From the human T2T-CHM13v2.0 reference genome, Homo sapiens: a DNA stretch of 64,000 bases. The position numbers were made by a program, and so were the translations under genes. The notes beneath the pieces are model-generated. The model saw nothing but the letters and a program-made list of their open reading frames with translations. It searched no databases and was not told the DNA's origin. The DNA lies in the NCBI RefSeq assembly GCF_009914755.1, contig NC_060946.1; one strand, 5' to 3'. This document shows positions 1 to 30,128 of the stretch, in pieces (within the stretch, counting starts at the first letter, position 1; each line of letters begins with the position of its first letter).

Positions 1-535
1 TGGGTGTACGGTACAGGGATGGGGGACAGGACCCTGGAGGGGAGCCAGGGCAGGGAAGGCCTCTCTGTGAGGCAGAGAGGTGGGGACAAAGCCAGAAGAC
101 TGAGCCATAACCCTGCCACCCACATACACGTCCATCCATGTTGGTGCTGGTATTACCCATTAGTGAGGGCTGCAGAGGCCTGACTGAGTACCAGGCAGCT
201 CATTTAGCCCTTGTGCCAGCCATGTGGGCAGACTGAGGCTTGTGGGAACCCAGGAACGGGGAACCTGTCCCTGGAGAGGGTGGCCCAGTGAGGCCAGAGT
301 CGGGAGAATTTACAGGAGTTAGGAGGAGGGGGTCCGCCTGCCCCAGGTCTGCGTTTCACAGCAGAAGCACTGGCTGCTCTGACCCCCAGCAGAGACTCGA
401 GGAGACTGCTCTCAAGGCCAGAGAGAGTGGGAGGGCTGGAGCCCACTGTCAGAGTTCCAGGGTCCCTTACCTTGGCCAGAGAGGGAGGCCAGCTGCTAAG
501 AGCAGCAGACACAAATGAGACACCCACTCATGTGA

Positions 536-1993
<1,458 letters not shown>

Positions 1994-2031
1994 ACCATGC
2001 TCTACTTTTAATTCACTGAATACTCTTTTTA

Positions 2032-2362
<331 letters not shown>

Positions 2363-5300
2363 AACAAGATAGTTTGGGGTCTTCAGAGAGAAGGGGGTTT
2401 CTGTCGATTTTTGTGCCCCCAATTCTCCTGAAGACACCCTCACAAGGATCTGATGCAGGTACTATTAGGACATTTTCCAGATGAGAAAACAGAGGCTTTA
2501 AGGGGCAAGGGCTCTCTCAAGATGAGCCAGCAGATGGGAGGGGCCTGCAGGGGGTCTGTGTCCACCTGACTGTGAAGCGTGGCCTGGGCCCTGCATGCTT
2601 CAGGGACGGGGTTGGGGAAAGTGAGAGCACTCTGGGGATGGGACAAGCACAGTGTCATGGGGAGCAGTCCTTGGGGACAGAGAGGCCCAGTCCCCCAGAT
2701 CTGGATGTGAAACTGCTCTGGGGCCTGGGATGCACTCTGTACTTCAAAATCAGTTTTCGTTGTAATTATGCAGTAGTACCTGAACACGTGCTCAGGAAAA
2801 ACCTGCAAACAATACAGAAGTCTATGAGTGACAAAGGGCGTTTCCCCACGGTCCCCAGAGGGAGTCTCTGTTTTCCCTTGGGAGCCTTTCTTCACTGCCT
2901 GGTTCTGTGCCTTTGCCCCCTCGTGTAGGTGTACACACAAACAGCTTTTCCCGTGTTCCAGGAATGGGGTCAGCAGTGGAGATGGCTCTGCTGGCTGGGT
3001 TGGGCCTGCAGGGCTTCGAGTCAGCTCTCTTGGCTCCATTTTGTCTCATGACAGCGCCAGGACCACCCCTTGTGGTTATTTCCTTTCCCTTCTCCTGTAT
3101 TTAAAAGCCCCCACAAACAAGTACAATGCTACAGAGTACCTCTTGCTGGGGCCAGGGGAAAGGATGCAGTGCCGTGGGCCTCGGTTCATTGGGAGAGGGC
3201 AGAGTGGCCACGGAATCAGCACAAAGTCCTGGCGAGTCCAGAGCAGTGTGACCCAGAGGCAGAGGCCTGGGAGTCCCCAGATCCCGTTCCTCCCCGAACC
3301 CACACCAGGGGAGGGCAGGTCACGCCCTTCCATGAAGCAGTCACAAATCCTTGCCTGGGTCTTCATGGGCTGGAGCTGCCTGTCATCCAGCCCGCCACTC
3401 CATGCACACGTGCGCACACACGCGCGCTCCTGCACTCCACAGGGTCTGGCCAGGGCACCCCAGCCACTCTCAGCATGGCCCCGGGATAGAGGACATGGGC
3501 CCTCCATGTGAGACTAGAGGGCAGACCACAGCCCTTTAGCCACAGGGAGCAAAGCCCCCACCTCTTGGGGGCCAGGTGTGTGAAGTAGAGGGAGGCTGTA
3601 AGGCCAGGGTAGGCAAGGGGGAGAGGAACGGGGGCCCCCAGGGCCAACCTCCCAGGCCTTATTCAGGGTACCACGCAGGAAGGCCCTTGTGAACGCAGAG
3701 GCCGACCCCTGCGCGGATGCCTCCCCGTCACTCGCCACTCACTCACTTAGCACCTACCAGGCACCAGGAGCTGTTTTGGGTTCTGGGGAAATAGCAGGGA
3801 AGCAGAGAGGAAACCCAAATGGGACACAACGTAGTGGGTGGGGAGGTAAGGAGTGCTGGGGAGAAAAAGTCAGAAGGGCAGGGTGCTCGAGGGTTATGGG
3901 TGCAATTTCAAACAGGGGAGTCAGAGAAGGCCTGGTGGATGGTGACCTCGGAACAGAGGACAGGGTGGAGCGATCCCCAAGGATGTCTGGGGGAAGCAGA
4001 GAAGGCCCAGTGACCAGGAAAAGGGCTGTGCGCAAAGCATCTCCCTACCCGGCCGTCTCCTCCCTCAGCCCTGTGTGGGGCTAGCACGACTGGTCCCACT
4101 TTACAAAGAGGGAAAGCAGGCTAGAGTAAAGGGGCCCGCCAGGCAGCCCCTGAGCCTGCCACACTACACACATCAGTGGGGTCCTCTTCCCGTGTGCGGA
4201 CAGCGGCAGGGAGAGGGGGTGGGGGTGGGGGTGAGGCCCAGGGGTCTGTGTCCTCACAGGGAGGCTGGCCAAGCATATTGGAGGAGGAGGGCTGGGGGAC
4301 CCCTTGGGCCTGGCCAGCTCGCAGGGGCCCCAAGTTCGGCTGGCATACCCTTTGATGGAAGAGGGCGGTCCAGGGAAGGCTGCCTCCTGTGCAGGTCCGG
4401 GGCTCTGGGAAGTACCTACCCACTCTCCCCAGGGAGCTGCCCTCAGCAGCTCCCAGTCCACAGCATCCCATACTCAGGTGGGACCCGCAGACTTAGGGTA
4501 CACAGCCTGGCAGCCCACCCCACTGTCTCCCTCAGCCCCCAAGTGTGAGACATTCTTTCACAGAGACTCTCTGCCTGTGTCCTTCTGACCCCAGGGTACA
4601 CTGGAGGGGAGGGGCTAAGCCAACAGAACCTTCCAGAAAACGTCCCTTTGTGCTCGAGCCCTGCCAGCAGGCCTGGCCCAGCACCCCTGATGCGTGTGGG
4701 TTGGGGGCAACTGTAACAGGGCCTTGTCTCAAGAACCCCACGGCTCTCCTCGCCCACCAGCCTGCCAGCCCGTACCGAGCCACTGTCTGTAGAGGGTGGA
4801 AGGGCTGGCATGGAGTCAGGCTCTTCAGTTTCTCTCCGAGCCTCACAAGACCTGAAAAGGGGGGCAGGCAGTGGGGCTTGGAGAGGGAAGTGGGCTGCCC
4901 CAAGTCACACTGCAGATCAGCCACAGACCCCAAGTCGGTGGGACTCGGAGGCTGCTCCTGTTCCCACTGCACCACTTCCCCTCTGCAGCTGGGCTGCTCC
5001 TGCCTCTGCTCACCGGGGGTGCAGGAGACACGGGGCCCAGGCTGCAGAGCCCCTCCTTGCTAGGAAGGTCCTGCCTCCTTGGCAGGGATGGGAAACACCA
5101 TCAGATTGAGGCCAGGACACTCGGGCCTGGACCACTGGCCATGGAGAACGTGAACTCCCTGGGGTCCCAAGGACTGCTCACAGCCAGGTAGAATGAGGGG
5201 GACAAATGAGTGTGTGACTCCGAGTAAGCTCTACTCCTCTAAGAGTGGGGCCCAAACACCACCTTCCTTCCAGCTTATAAGAGCACGGACGGGGCAGCTT

Positions 5301-6732
5301 CCAGGCCCAGCTGAAGAGGCGCCGCTTCCAGTAGCCTTCGCCCCCCCATTCCCAGCCTGTAGGCCTAGGGGGTTCTTGCCCGCCTTCAACATCCTGCAAT
5401 GACCACGTCATGACCATGGCCACCCTGAGGCATCTGACATTTGTTTAAAGCTTTATGTTCAAAATAATGGGCTTGAGGCCAGCAATTTGAGACCAGCCTG
5501 GGCAGCATAGCAAGACCCCATCTCTAAATAAATACATAAAATAGTGGCTTCTTCATTGCCAGTCCTCAACTAGCTAGGAAGAAAGGCATCGGTTAGCCTG
5601 GCGCCACGCTACAGCTGAGGAACTGAGGCTTGCCGAGGGTGAGTGACCTGCCTGAGGTCACGCCACCAAGCAAGCAGCCAAGCCCAGCCTCTCCCATCTC
5701 CCTCCACCTTACCTCAGTACCAAGCCCCAATTCCGGCACACACTGATCTTCCATTACTTCCCTCAGCCAAACTGTCTCCTGGACAATGTCACTGGGTCTC
5801 CAGATGGCGTGAAGCAACCCCACTCTCTGGCCACCCATCCCCCGCCTTCCAGGGACAGCAGGTCTGAGGGCACCTGCCTGCCATTTAAGTGTGGCTCAGC
5901 TCTGCTGTGAGGCAGGGGCAGGCCAGCCCCCAACTCTAGAGGGGAGGCCTCCTGGTTCCAGGGCCCCTGCCAAGCTCAGCTGGGAGCTGGCGGCAGTGAC
6001 AGCACTGTGTTCCCCAGTGCTTGGAAGGTTCCCAGACTCTTGGCTGGAGAATGCGATGCCACTTCTCTTGTTAAATGGTACCAGGTGGCAAGGAAAATGT
6101 GGCACAGGGACCTGAGAGAGGTGCCCCATGCGGGCATGGGGGGGAGGGGGTGTGGGGGAAGGCCTCTCCTCCTGGTCGCCAGCAAAAAGTGACATCCCAG
6201 ATCAGGCAGGCTGCATCCACACCGCCTTCCTCCCCTGCTTGGACACCCATTCCATCAGCCCCCCCAAAGACCTACTCTACCCTCCAGTTACCCTGCAAAG
6301 ACACGCATTCTGGCCAAGGACAGAAGGGCCAAAGACAAGGTCACTCTCTGGGAAGGCTGGCCTTCCGGGCTCTGCTGCTACTGCCCATCCCTTCAGGGAC
6401 CAAAGTGAAGGTTCACCTCCAGCCTCTTCCTTCTGCCCTGGAGCCTCCCCTCCTCAAGCAGAGGCTGGCTTCCCCGACCAAGTGCCCGAGGGGCTTTTTG
6501 CTGCGGGCGAAGGCCTGCTCAGGCCCAGAGCCTGCACCACTCTGCTCCCACGCTAAGGGCCTCTGCCCTCGGGCCTATCCTGCCACCCCCTGCCCTCTCG
6601 CGATGCTGTGTTCTAGTGGTCCCATCCTGAGGCAGGAACCATGGCTTGCAGACTGCTGCTTTCTGGAGCACACGGGCTGTCTCCACCTTCTGTATTCCAG
6701 CTCAGGGCCTGGCCAGTGGAGATGCCCAAATC

Positions 6733-7028
<296 letters not shown>

Positions 7029-7503
7029 TCCAAACCTTTCTTCAAGGATTAGGCAGGCACACAGAAAAACTGGAGAGAAGCAGAGTGGGGCTGGCTCTGC
7101 TGCCAGTTAGCTGTGTGACTGTGACACACCTCCCATGACAACGGTCTGTTTCATGAACTGTGAATTGGGGAAACATCATCTACCTCACAGGTCTGCTGTG
7201 TGAGAAGAGCTCTGTGAAGCATGACGTGCCTGCAAATGTCGGGTGACATGTGGGGCCTCGACCGGAATCTACGTGGCTGAAGTCCTCAGCAGAGCCCAAG
7301 GGACTGCCAGGAAGTCAGCCAGGTGTCTACAAACCCTTACTGAGCACTAGGGGTGGGGCCTGAGCTAAGTTCCAGAAGGAACCTACAGAAAGGGGCAGAT
7401 AGGGCCGCATCCCCGACACCTACAAGGAGTTAGAAGGCGGCCCACCCCTCAGTGAAGGGCATGGGCCCAGCTGCGATGGTGACATCAAAGCAGAGAGGCC
7501 TTA

Positions 7504-7810
7504 GGCCGGCCGCGGTGACTCTCACACCTGTAATCCCAGCACTTTGGGAGGCCAAGGGTGGCAGATCACGTGAGGTCAGGAGTTTGAGACCAGCCTGGCC
7601 AACATGGCGAAACCTGTGTCTACTAAAAATACAAAAATTAGCTGGGCATGGTGGCGTGCACCTGTAATCTCAGCTGCTCGGGAGGCTGAGGCAGGAGAAT
7701 CACTTGAACCAGGGAGCAGAGGCTGCAGTGAGTTGAGATCACGCCACTGCACTCCAGCCTGGGCGACAGAGCAAGACTCCACACCCCACCAACCAAAAAA
7801 AAAGAAAAAA
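7504..7810 (+). mobile_element. Alu (AluS-like)
   Basis: Alu consensus. Confidence 0.92.
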
Positions 7811-8130
7811 GCAGACAGGCCCCGAGGTGCTGGTGCAGTGCTGCCCAGGGCTTCAACTGGGGTCCATCCTGAGGCCTGAGGCTGGTGGGCATGCCCTGGC
7901 ACATGCAGGGTGAATGTGGGGAGGGCACTGTCATGTTCCAAGGGAGTCAGGACCTGGCTCTCTATGGGATTTCTAGAGTCCACTTCTGATGCCTCTACAA
8001 TCTCCAATTAGACCCAAGGGAGAAGGAAAGCAACTGGCACTGTACAATCTCTCGCCATCAACCCCAAAATGAGACCTCCAGCCAGCTTTTCTCACTTCTT
8101 GCAAACTTCTGACAGTGGTGTAATTCCTAA

Positions 8131-9524
<1,394 letters not shown>

Positions 9525-9916
9525 CCACCCTGCCCTACTCTTAATTGTTCTGAGTCAGTTTCCTCATCTACAAAGTCAAAGTGGTGAATGAGACCAGTGA
9601 TTTTTAAACTTTTTTTAGCCACAGACCTTTTGTTCAAAGGAAACCTTAAATGGAGATGTAACACGCCAGCTGCTTAAAGACACAGGCTCTGCAAGAGTGA
9701 GTGTGGGAGTGGGAGGGGGCTACAGTCTCGCCAGCTGGGCCCCCTCGCTGCTTCTGCCCAGCTCTCCCTGCTGCAGCACTGGCACTGCAGGGAACCTTCC
9801 CAGCCACGGGGGGCTGAGCCTGGGCCTGTCAAGCCCTGACTGGACATCCTCAACAGAGAATGTTTATGGAGTCAGCACGAAGCCATGAGAAGGGGCAGCC
9901 CAGGGGCCAGCCACCC

Positions 9917-18689
<8,773 letters not shown>

Positions 18690-18980
18690 CACAGCCGCAA
18701 GACCAACCGTTGCTCCTGCGGTGCGCGCCGATCTTTCAAACCGCCCTGAGTCCAGCCCCTAGAGCGCGGCCTGGGGGCACGTGCCTCCTTATAGGCGGGG
18801 CTTCGCGGGACGGGACGGGGCCTCTTAAAGGAACCGAACCTTTATCTCCTTTTCTGAGGGGCGTTCCAGCGCTACCCGTGGAACACGTGGTGGACAGGCC
18901 TTTGGTTCCACGCTCCACAGTAAGCAGGTTTTTAGTGATTCCTTTGTTCACTTTCATTCATTCATGCTCATACACAGTAC

Positions 18981-19537
<557 letters not shown>

Positions 19538-20249
19538 GGCCCTGCCAATTGACTGCTTTTACAGTGAGTGGTAAGCATGCTGTTCTTTGTCCAATGGGAG
19601 ACTTTACCTCATCTTTCAAGGTTCCTTGCTGCAAACACAGCCTGAGTACAGAGCTGTCAGGGTCTTGCTTTCTTGACATACCCAGCAAGAACATGCAGGG
19701 ACGCTCAGGGCCCATAGCAAACTGGTTCTGCCAACAGTTATATAATAACTTGTTCACTGTCTCTACATCTAAAATGTAAGAAACAAGAGGTTAGAGACTT
19801 TGTCACTTTGTATGTCCAGCACTCTAAAAGTCCCTGGTACATCGTAGTTAATAAATATTTGTTGAGTGAATGGATGGATTACATTCATCCATTCATTCTC
19901 AGCAGTCATTCATTCATCATTTCCTATGCCCAGACCCAATGCCCTACCCTAGGAAGTCAGTTGAATCAGACATTATTGATTAACTTAGTTTGATGGGGGT
20001 GGGATAGACAATGATGACAGTGTGTTCATTGTTGTAATAACTGGGAGAGCAGAGACACTGTCTAGCCTAAATCCTTCTTACTGCAGACTAAACTAACTGT
20101 GTCTTGCTCAGAAAGATCAGGACGTAAATGGCCCCATAGAGCCACTGCCCTCAGCACAGATACGGCTTTCATTCCTCATGGCATGGGGTGTGGAGAGGAC
20201 TTCCTGAAAGTCAAGCAGTAGTAGGCACTATGACAAGAAAATAAAGTAA

Positions 20250-20989
<740 letters not shown>

Positions 20990-21811
20990 TTAAGTATGAT
21001 GAAGAAGAGGCCTCAGGCAGAAGGCAGTGCAAGTGGAAAGCCCCTGAGTGGGAAGCACTCCTGGCACTTCCGAGGCGTAGCAAGGAGGCCAGTGGCTGTG
21101 GCAGATGGAGTAAGAAGAACAGGGGAGGAGGTGAGGCCACGGAGGTGATTGAGCTCCCAGAGACTGAGGCCCTTAGAGAGTGGTGGGCTGGGAAAAGACT
21201 TTGGACTCTGGTGGGGACTTTCCAGGAGGGGCCGGGCTGAGACCCATTGGGTCAGCATGTGCTGAGTGCCTGCCCTGGGGACCCTGGTCCCAGAGGGGCC
21301 AAACTGCTTCAGGGAGTTACCACTTGTAACAAGAGACAAGGCACTGCAGTTGGGGAGGCCATCGGGGAGCAGCCAGGAGCAGCAGGAACCCAGGGGAAGC
21401 TGCTCTGTGTCCCTGGGGAGCCTGCACTCCACTTCACCGGGGCGGTGATCATTGGCTGAACAGAAAGTAGTTGTGTTTAAGATCCATACATGATGAAGGG
21501 TAGGGATGGGGAGGAGGCCAGATAGAGGCCTGGAGGTTCTTACATCCTGAACACCCAAGCTGGCAGGGTCATCAGAGTCCTCTGGGCCAGCATTTTTCAA
21601 ATCGGCTTCTGTGGAGCCCTGGGGAGATGACTTGGGGTCCTGTGAGAGACGGGGGATTCCGAGTGGGTGGGGTCCAGAACCCCCACCCCCACCCAACCAT
21701 TGAACCGAAGCAACCTCCACTTTATCTCTGTTATGTATTGAGCTTCCCATAAGCTTTTGTATGAATAAGGAATCAGTGGCTAAAACAATGCCGACAGGCC
21801 ATGGATCACAT

Positions 21812-22005
21812 ACTTTACAGATTTATTGAGGCATAAGGGACACGTATAATCAACTACACTTATTTCAAGGGTACAATTTGATAAGTTTGACATATGTATA
21901 TACTTAAGAAGCCACCATCACCATTAAGAGCCTGAACATACCTTCACCCCAAAAAGTTTACTCCTGCCCCTTTGTGATTCTTCCCCCAACTCCTCTGCTC
22001 TCCCA
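21812..22005 (-). mobile_element. Old L1M 3' end fragment
   Basis: tttattgagg..taca..tttgacatatgtata..ccaccatcacc..aacata..cacccca motif. Confidence 0.6.
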
Positions 22006-22029
22006 CCCCAAAATGTTAAAAAGCACTTT

Positions 22030-22686
<657 letters not shown>

Positions 22687-23769
22687 CTAGATGGCGCAGA
22701 GGTGTCTGTGGTGGGGGACCTAGGTCCTGAAGCCACCTCACCCAGAGGCTTTCCCCCTGCCCATCCCCAGGTTTCTGGGAACGGATTCCCTAGGGAGGTG
22801 GTTCCTGGAAGCCTTTTCCCAGCCACGCCCCGTGGGCCCTAGGGGGCTGCTCTCTCCCTCCTGAGAATAGCCCTCAACACGTGGCAGATACCTTGTCTAT
22901 GGCATAGGGGGAGGGGGAGGATCCATGCTTGGGAAGGTGGACCCCACCCCCAACGTCAGCTCTTGGCTTTGAATTCCAGCTCAGTCACTGAGAAGCTGAG
23001 GGCTCTGGGAGAAGGAGAAGGCCAGCAGCATCACCTCTCTGCCTCATCCCAAAATGGGGTCTCAACACCAATCCAGCTGGGAGGACTGCAGGAAGTGATG
23101 TTGGGGCCAGCTGGAAGATGGGAGTGCTCAATGCCTGTGCTGGCTGTACACCAGCCAGGGGTGCTGTGGGGTAGATGAGGCAGAATGGGGAGGGGGAGCC
23201 ATTTGCAAGGGTCCTGAAAGCCAGGCTAGGGCTCTGACCCTGGCATTGCTACTTTCTTGCTGTGTGACCATGAATAAGAATTAATTGAGTTAATATAATC
23301 AAAGCGTTGAAAACAGTGTCTGGTGCATAGGAAATGTTACATTGAGCCAATGTGTCTGAACTCTCAGACTCAGTCTTGGTTTTTCCTTGTATAACATATG
23401 ACCCCCTTGAGCTCTACTGGTCACTGATTCTCTGTCCCCACCCGCTTGCCATTTACCCCAGCATCTCCCTGCTCCCCAAATGGCAGACCATCAAACCTTA
23501 GAGTTATCAGCCACGGTCCTCTCCTCTCTAGGCCCACCAGGCTTGGGGTCCTGCAGCCTGCTGGGTGATTCCCCCTCCCCGCACTCCCCCAATCCTGCCG
23601 CTCTGTCATCTGCTGTACCACGTGCACAGTACCAGGGATCCAGAAGAGAAGGCTGGTTGCCAGGGCAACGGAAGATAAAGCCCTTGCTCTGCCAGGCTGC
23701 TGATTGGCTGAGACAGGTCCCACCTCCTGCCATCCTGAGAGTGGGGGCTAGGGGGAAGGGTCTCTGATG

Positions 23770-24033
23770 GGCAGGGAGAGATACCAGGGTGCTGAGCCAG
23801 TCCAGGACTGCCCCCTCCTGGCCCACTCAGAGCCCCTGGGTGTGAGAAGCTCGTCTCCCGTGGGTTGCATTGGCTCTGCCCTATCTCTGCCTCCAGCACC
23901 CAGGGCGGCCGCAGATGGCAGTGTCTCTGGGGACAGCAGCTGCGAATGAGTCCACGGGCCAACGCTGAGCTGCTCAGGCTGAGGCGGTGTGCTCAGCACA
24001 GAGCCCCCGGAACTGGCATCTGCAGGGCGTGAG
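23770..24033 (+). other. SMIM45: Probable non-coding first exon of SMIM45 (5' end uncertain)
   Basis: Locally CpG-enriched, inverted CCAAT (GATTGG ~23702) upstream, donor GAG|GTGGGT at 24033; position fits the recalled gene structure. Confidence 0.5.
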
Positions 24034-25341
24034 GTGGGTCTTTGGGCACACGGAGGGCACCGAGTGGTGCCAATGGCTTGGGAGGTAGGGAGAGGGGCTC
24101 TGCAAACTCACACTGTCTCAGGCAGCACATTGGCTGAAATGAGGCTGGAAAATTCCATATAGATCATCTGGTAACCCCATCCCCACCCTGTCACCGTGCA
24201 CAGGGGACCGTGAGGCCCAGAGAGGGTGAAGAAGGGGCCAAGATAACACAGGAGGCCAGTGAGTGTGTTGCTTTTCCACCTAGGTCAGTTCCCTGAGAAA
24301 TCAGGAAGAGACCACGGGGTCCTCAGTCAGCCTCAGAATGCCTGGGATTTTGTGCACAGGGCTGGAGAGGTTGGGGGACCTTGATCTCTATTCCACACCC
24401 CCCAGCATTGCAGCTGAAATGGCTTCTGTTCTGCCCCAGCCCTCCATTCGCATGTTTAAGCTGGAAGGAAACTGGGGGCCTGGCTGGGCCTGGATAGGGG
24501 GCATGAGTCACCTTGGACACAGTTAAGTCACACAGGGAGCAGCCTCCCTGCCTGAGGTGCTCCTTCCCTACCTTCACCAACCCTGGCAGCACCAGACAAT
24601 CCTGCACTCTCTCCAGCTCCCCAGAAAGGCAGCTGGTTAAAAGGTGCTGGGTCCTACACGCTCCCCTGCCCTGGCTGCACTAGTCACTTTGGATAATCAG
24701 TGCACTCTTCATTTTATTCCTTCACAAATAGGGCACTTTAAGACAATGTCGGTGCCTCAGAACAGCCAGTGAGGACCTTTGGGGTAGGAGAGGGGCTCCG
24801 GATGGATGCAGGACCAGGAAACAGCATCTTTCCCTCCCCTGGGGCCACAGCTTCCCTCACAGGCCCACCTGGGAGTAGAGAGACAAGAGGAGCTGGAGTT
24901 TGGAGACGGAGGTCAGAAGAGTGAGGGCTTCTCTCCGACCTACCTGGAGTTCTTTCCATCCATCCCCCTGCTTTCCTCCCCAGAAGCAAGGTGGGCATCT
25001 GCTCATTTCATCCTGCTCAGGTGCCTTTCCCTCCCCTGGAGGACGCAAGCCTCAGGGCATCGCTGGGGTTTGGCGTCTAGCTCTGCCACTTTCCAGTTGG
25101 GTAAGCCAAGGCAAGTTAGTGAGCCTGTCTGGGCCTCAGTTTCTTCATCTGTAAAATGTGGATAGTGACACTTGCCCCATAGGCCTGTTGTGAAGTTTGT
25201 GGAGGAAGTCAAAACAGTGCTCTACCTGCCGGGCAGGCAGAGGTGGGCTCCTCACGTCACCCCTTTCTTATAACTAGGGAAGGTTGGGGGTGGGTTCAAT
25301 AGGCCCTGCATCATCCTATCCCTGGAGGAGATGATCTGTGA

Positions 25342-25567
<226 letters not shown>

Positions 25568-25591
25568 TAGCCAGGATGGTCTTGATCTCCT

Positions 25592-26037
<446 letters not shown>

Positions 26038-26753
26038 TGAACTCCTGGCCTCAAGTGATCCACTGCCTTGGCCTCCCAAAATGCTGGAATTACAGGCGTG
26101 ACCCACCACAGCCAGACAGTGATCTGGCTTTTGAAGTATGAGTAGGAATTTGCCAAGTGAACAAGAATGCATATGCAAAATGAAAGCATATGCAAAGATG
26201 AGGACTGCATAATGTGCAGGCGCATGTAGGTGACGGACAGGCAGTTCCATGTGACCGCACATAGTGTGCCATGTGAGGAGGGGGAGGTTGGCAGGGAGCA
26301 GATGGGCACCTTTGGGCCATTCTAAAGAGTCTGGGTGGGCCGAGCACGGTGGCTCATGCCTGTAATCCCAGCACTTTGGGAGTCCGAGGTTAGGATCACT
26401 TGAGGTCAGGAGTTTGAGACCAGCCTGGCCAACATGGCAAAACCCCGTCTCTACTAAAAAATACAAAAACTACCTGGGCATGGTGGCAGATGCCTGTAAT
26501 CCCAGCTACTCACAAGGGAGGCTGAGGCAGGAGAATCGCTTGAAGGTGGAGCTTGCGGTGAGCCGAGATCATGCCATTGCACTCCAGCCTGGGCAACAGA
26601 ATGAGACTCTGTCTCAAAAACAAAAACAATAAAAAAGAGTCTGGGTGTATATAAGGTTTGTGACGCACCTTACACCTGCTACCTTCCACTTTCCTGCCTT
26701 CTCCGCCTCTCGCTCAGTGGAAATAACAATAGCTGATATTGACCAAGTGCTGA

Positions 26754-27254
<501 letters not shown>

Positions 27255-27312
27255 TAAAAATACAAAAAATTAGCTGGGTGCAGTGGCGGTCACCTGCAGT
27301 CCCAGCTACTCA

Positions 27313-27795
<483 letters not shown>

Positions 27796-28430
27796 TGAGT
27801 TTTTAGTAGAGACGGGGTTTTGCCATGTTGCCCAGGCTGGTCTCGAAGTCCTGGGCTCAAGCAATCCACCCGCTTTGGCCTCCCAAAATGCTTGGATTAC
27901 AGGCATGAGCCACCACGTCCAGCCCCATTCCCATTTTATAGATGTAGAAACCAAAGGTCTGAATATCTTGCCCAAGTGTTTTGGTGCTAGGGGCCTTGTC
28001 CTTACAACTATGAAACTGGGCTTGTGTAGACTCCATTGATATCAACCAGGTCTCCTTCAATGGGTGTTTGTTCACTACACTTTCACCAGGCCACACTTGG
28101 CTAGGGCGTGCAGGTGGCTGGGAGACCTACTCATCTCAGGGGCAGGTGCTGGCAACTGGCAGCCATGGCAGCTGCAGTCAGGGCTGGGCCCCGGGGCTCA
28201 GGGGCACAAGGAGACCAGAGGAGGCATCGCCCAACCTGTCCTTTACCGAGTGCCCTGCACAGGCCCCATCCAGGGATCAGTCACCCCACTGAATCCTCAC
28301 TAGGACCAGTGTAGAGGTGTTGCCCCTTTCCCCTTCCATAGGGGAGGAAGCTGAGGCCCTGCGAGGTTAGGCAACTTGCCCAAGGGCACACATCCTGGCA
28401 AGAGACTGAACCAGAACTGCTCATGGTTAA

Positions 28431-29114
<684 letters not shown>

Positions 29115-29229
29115 TACCACGTGGTCTTGATCAGCCGCTTCCCCGCCCTTGCTCTCCTGGACCTCAGTCTCCCCATTTGTAAAGTGATGCTTGGGCCTCG
29201 GGCTCTGTGAAGCCTGAAGGTCTCCCTCT

Positions 29230-29830
29230 GGGTGGGCGGGACAGGGAGCACCTCTGCTGGCCCTCACCACGCTGTGTCTCCGCAGCCAAGGCCGCCGCGA
29301 TGCCGCACTTCCTGGACTGGTTCGTGCCGGTCTACTTGGTCATCTCGGTCCTCATTCTGGTGGGCTTCGGCGCCTGCATCTACTACTTCGAGCCGGGCCT
29401 GCAGGAGGCGCACAAGTGGCGCATGCAGCGCCCCCTGGTGGACCGCGACCTCCGCAAGACGCTAATGGTGCGCGACAACCTGGCCTTCGGCGGCCCGGAG
29501 GTCTGAGCCGACTTGCAAAGGGGATAGGCGGGCGGCACCGGGCGCCCTCCCCCAGCCCGCCCCGCCCGCCCAGCCCGGAGACCCCCAAGGCAGAGGGAGG
29601 CCGGCCTGTTGGCCCTCCACGCTATCCCTCTGCAGCCTGGGCCCTCCCGACAGAGGCCCCAGGTGCGCTGGCAGTGGAGGTGGGGCACTTAGGTGCCTGG
29701 CTGGCCCAGGGCTTGCTCTCCGTGTCAAGCCGACTCACCCAGAGCCCACCCTCCCAAGCTCAGGGGCATCCTCCGCTGGGCCCCAGTGCCTTTGCGCTGC
29801 GCAGCACTCTGCCCTCCACTGGACTCAGGC
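29230..29830. promoter_or_regulatory. Intragenic CpG island over the SMIM45 last exon with clustered GC boxes
   Basis: Dense CpG; CCCGCCCCGCCCGCCC at ~29556-29571. Confidence 0.7.
29300..29506 (+). CDS. SMIM45: Small integral membrane protein 45, 68 aa
   Basis: Acceptor CTCCGCAG| at 29285; GCCGCG ATG context; MPHFLDWFVPVYLVISVLILVGFGACIYYFEPGLQEAHKW...AFGGPEV* with one N-terminal TM helix and strong GC3 codon bias. Confidence 0.93.
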   Translation: MPHFLDWFVPVYLVISVLILVGFGACIYYFEPGLQEAHKWRMQRPLVDRDLRKTLMVRDNLAFGGPEV

Positions 29831-30094
29831 ATGTCTATGGCTGCCTGTCCTGAGGCTCCGGAGCCCTCATTTCTTCGTGAAGTCCCCAGCTCCCCTGCCT
29901 CCACTCAATGGCACCGGCCCTGCAACTTTAGGCAGGTCGAAGCCAACCCAAGGAAAGAACCTAAGAACCTCGTTTGGAGGGATGTCAGCTTGGGCCAGAC
30001 CAGCCGCACCCCGCGGGGCTCAGGCTTGGAACTGGTGAGGGTGTGTGGTGGGGGTATGCAGAGGGATAAGACCGTGGTAGAGGAGAGGGTTGGT

Positions 30095-30128
<34 letters not shown>

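Noticed and set aside
29693-29830. GTG-initiated N-terminal extension making the second SMIM45 ORF 199 aa
   Set aside because: Non-AUG start with no supporting context; first ATG is at 29831
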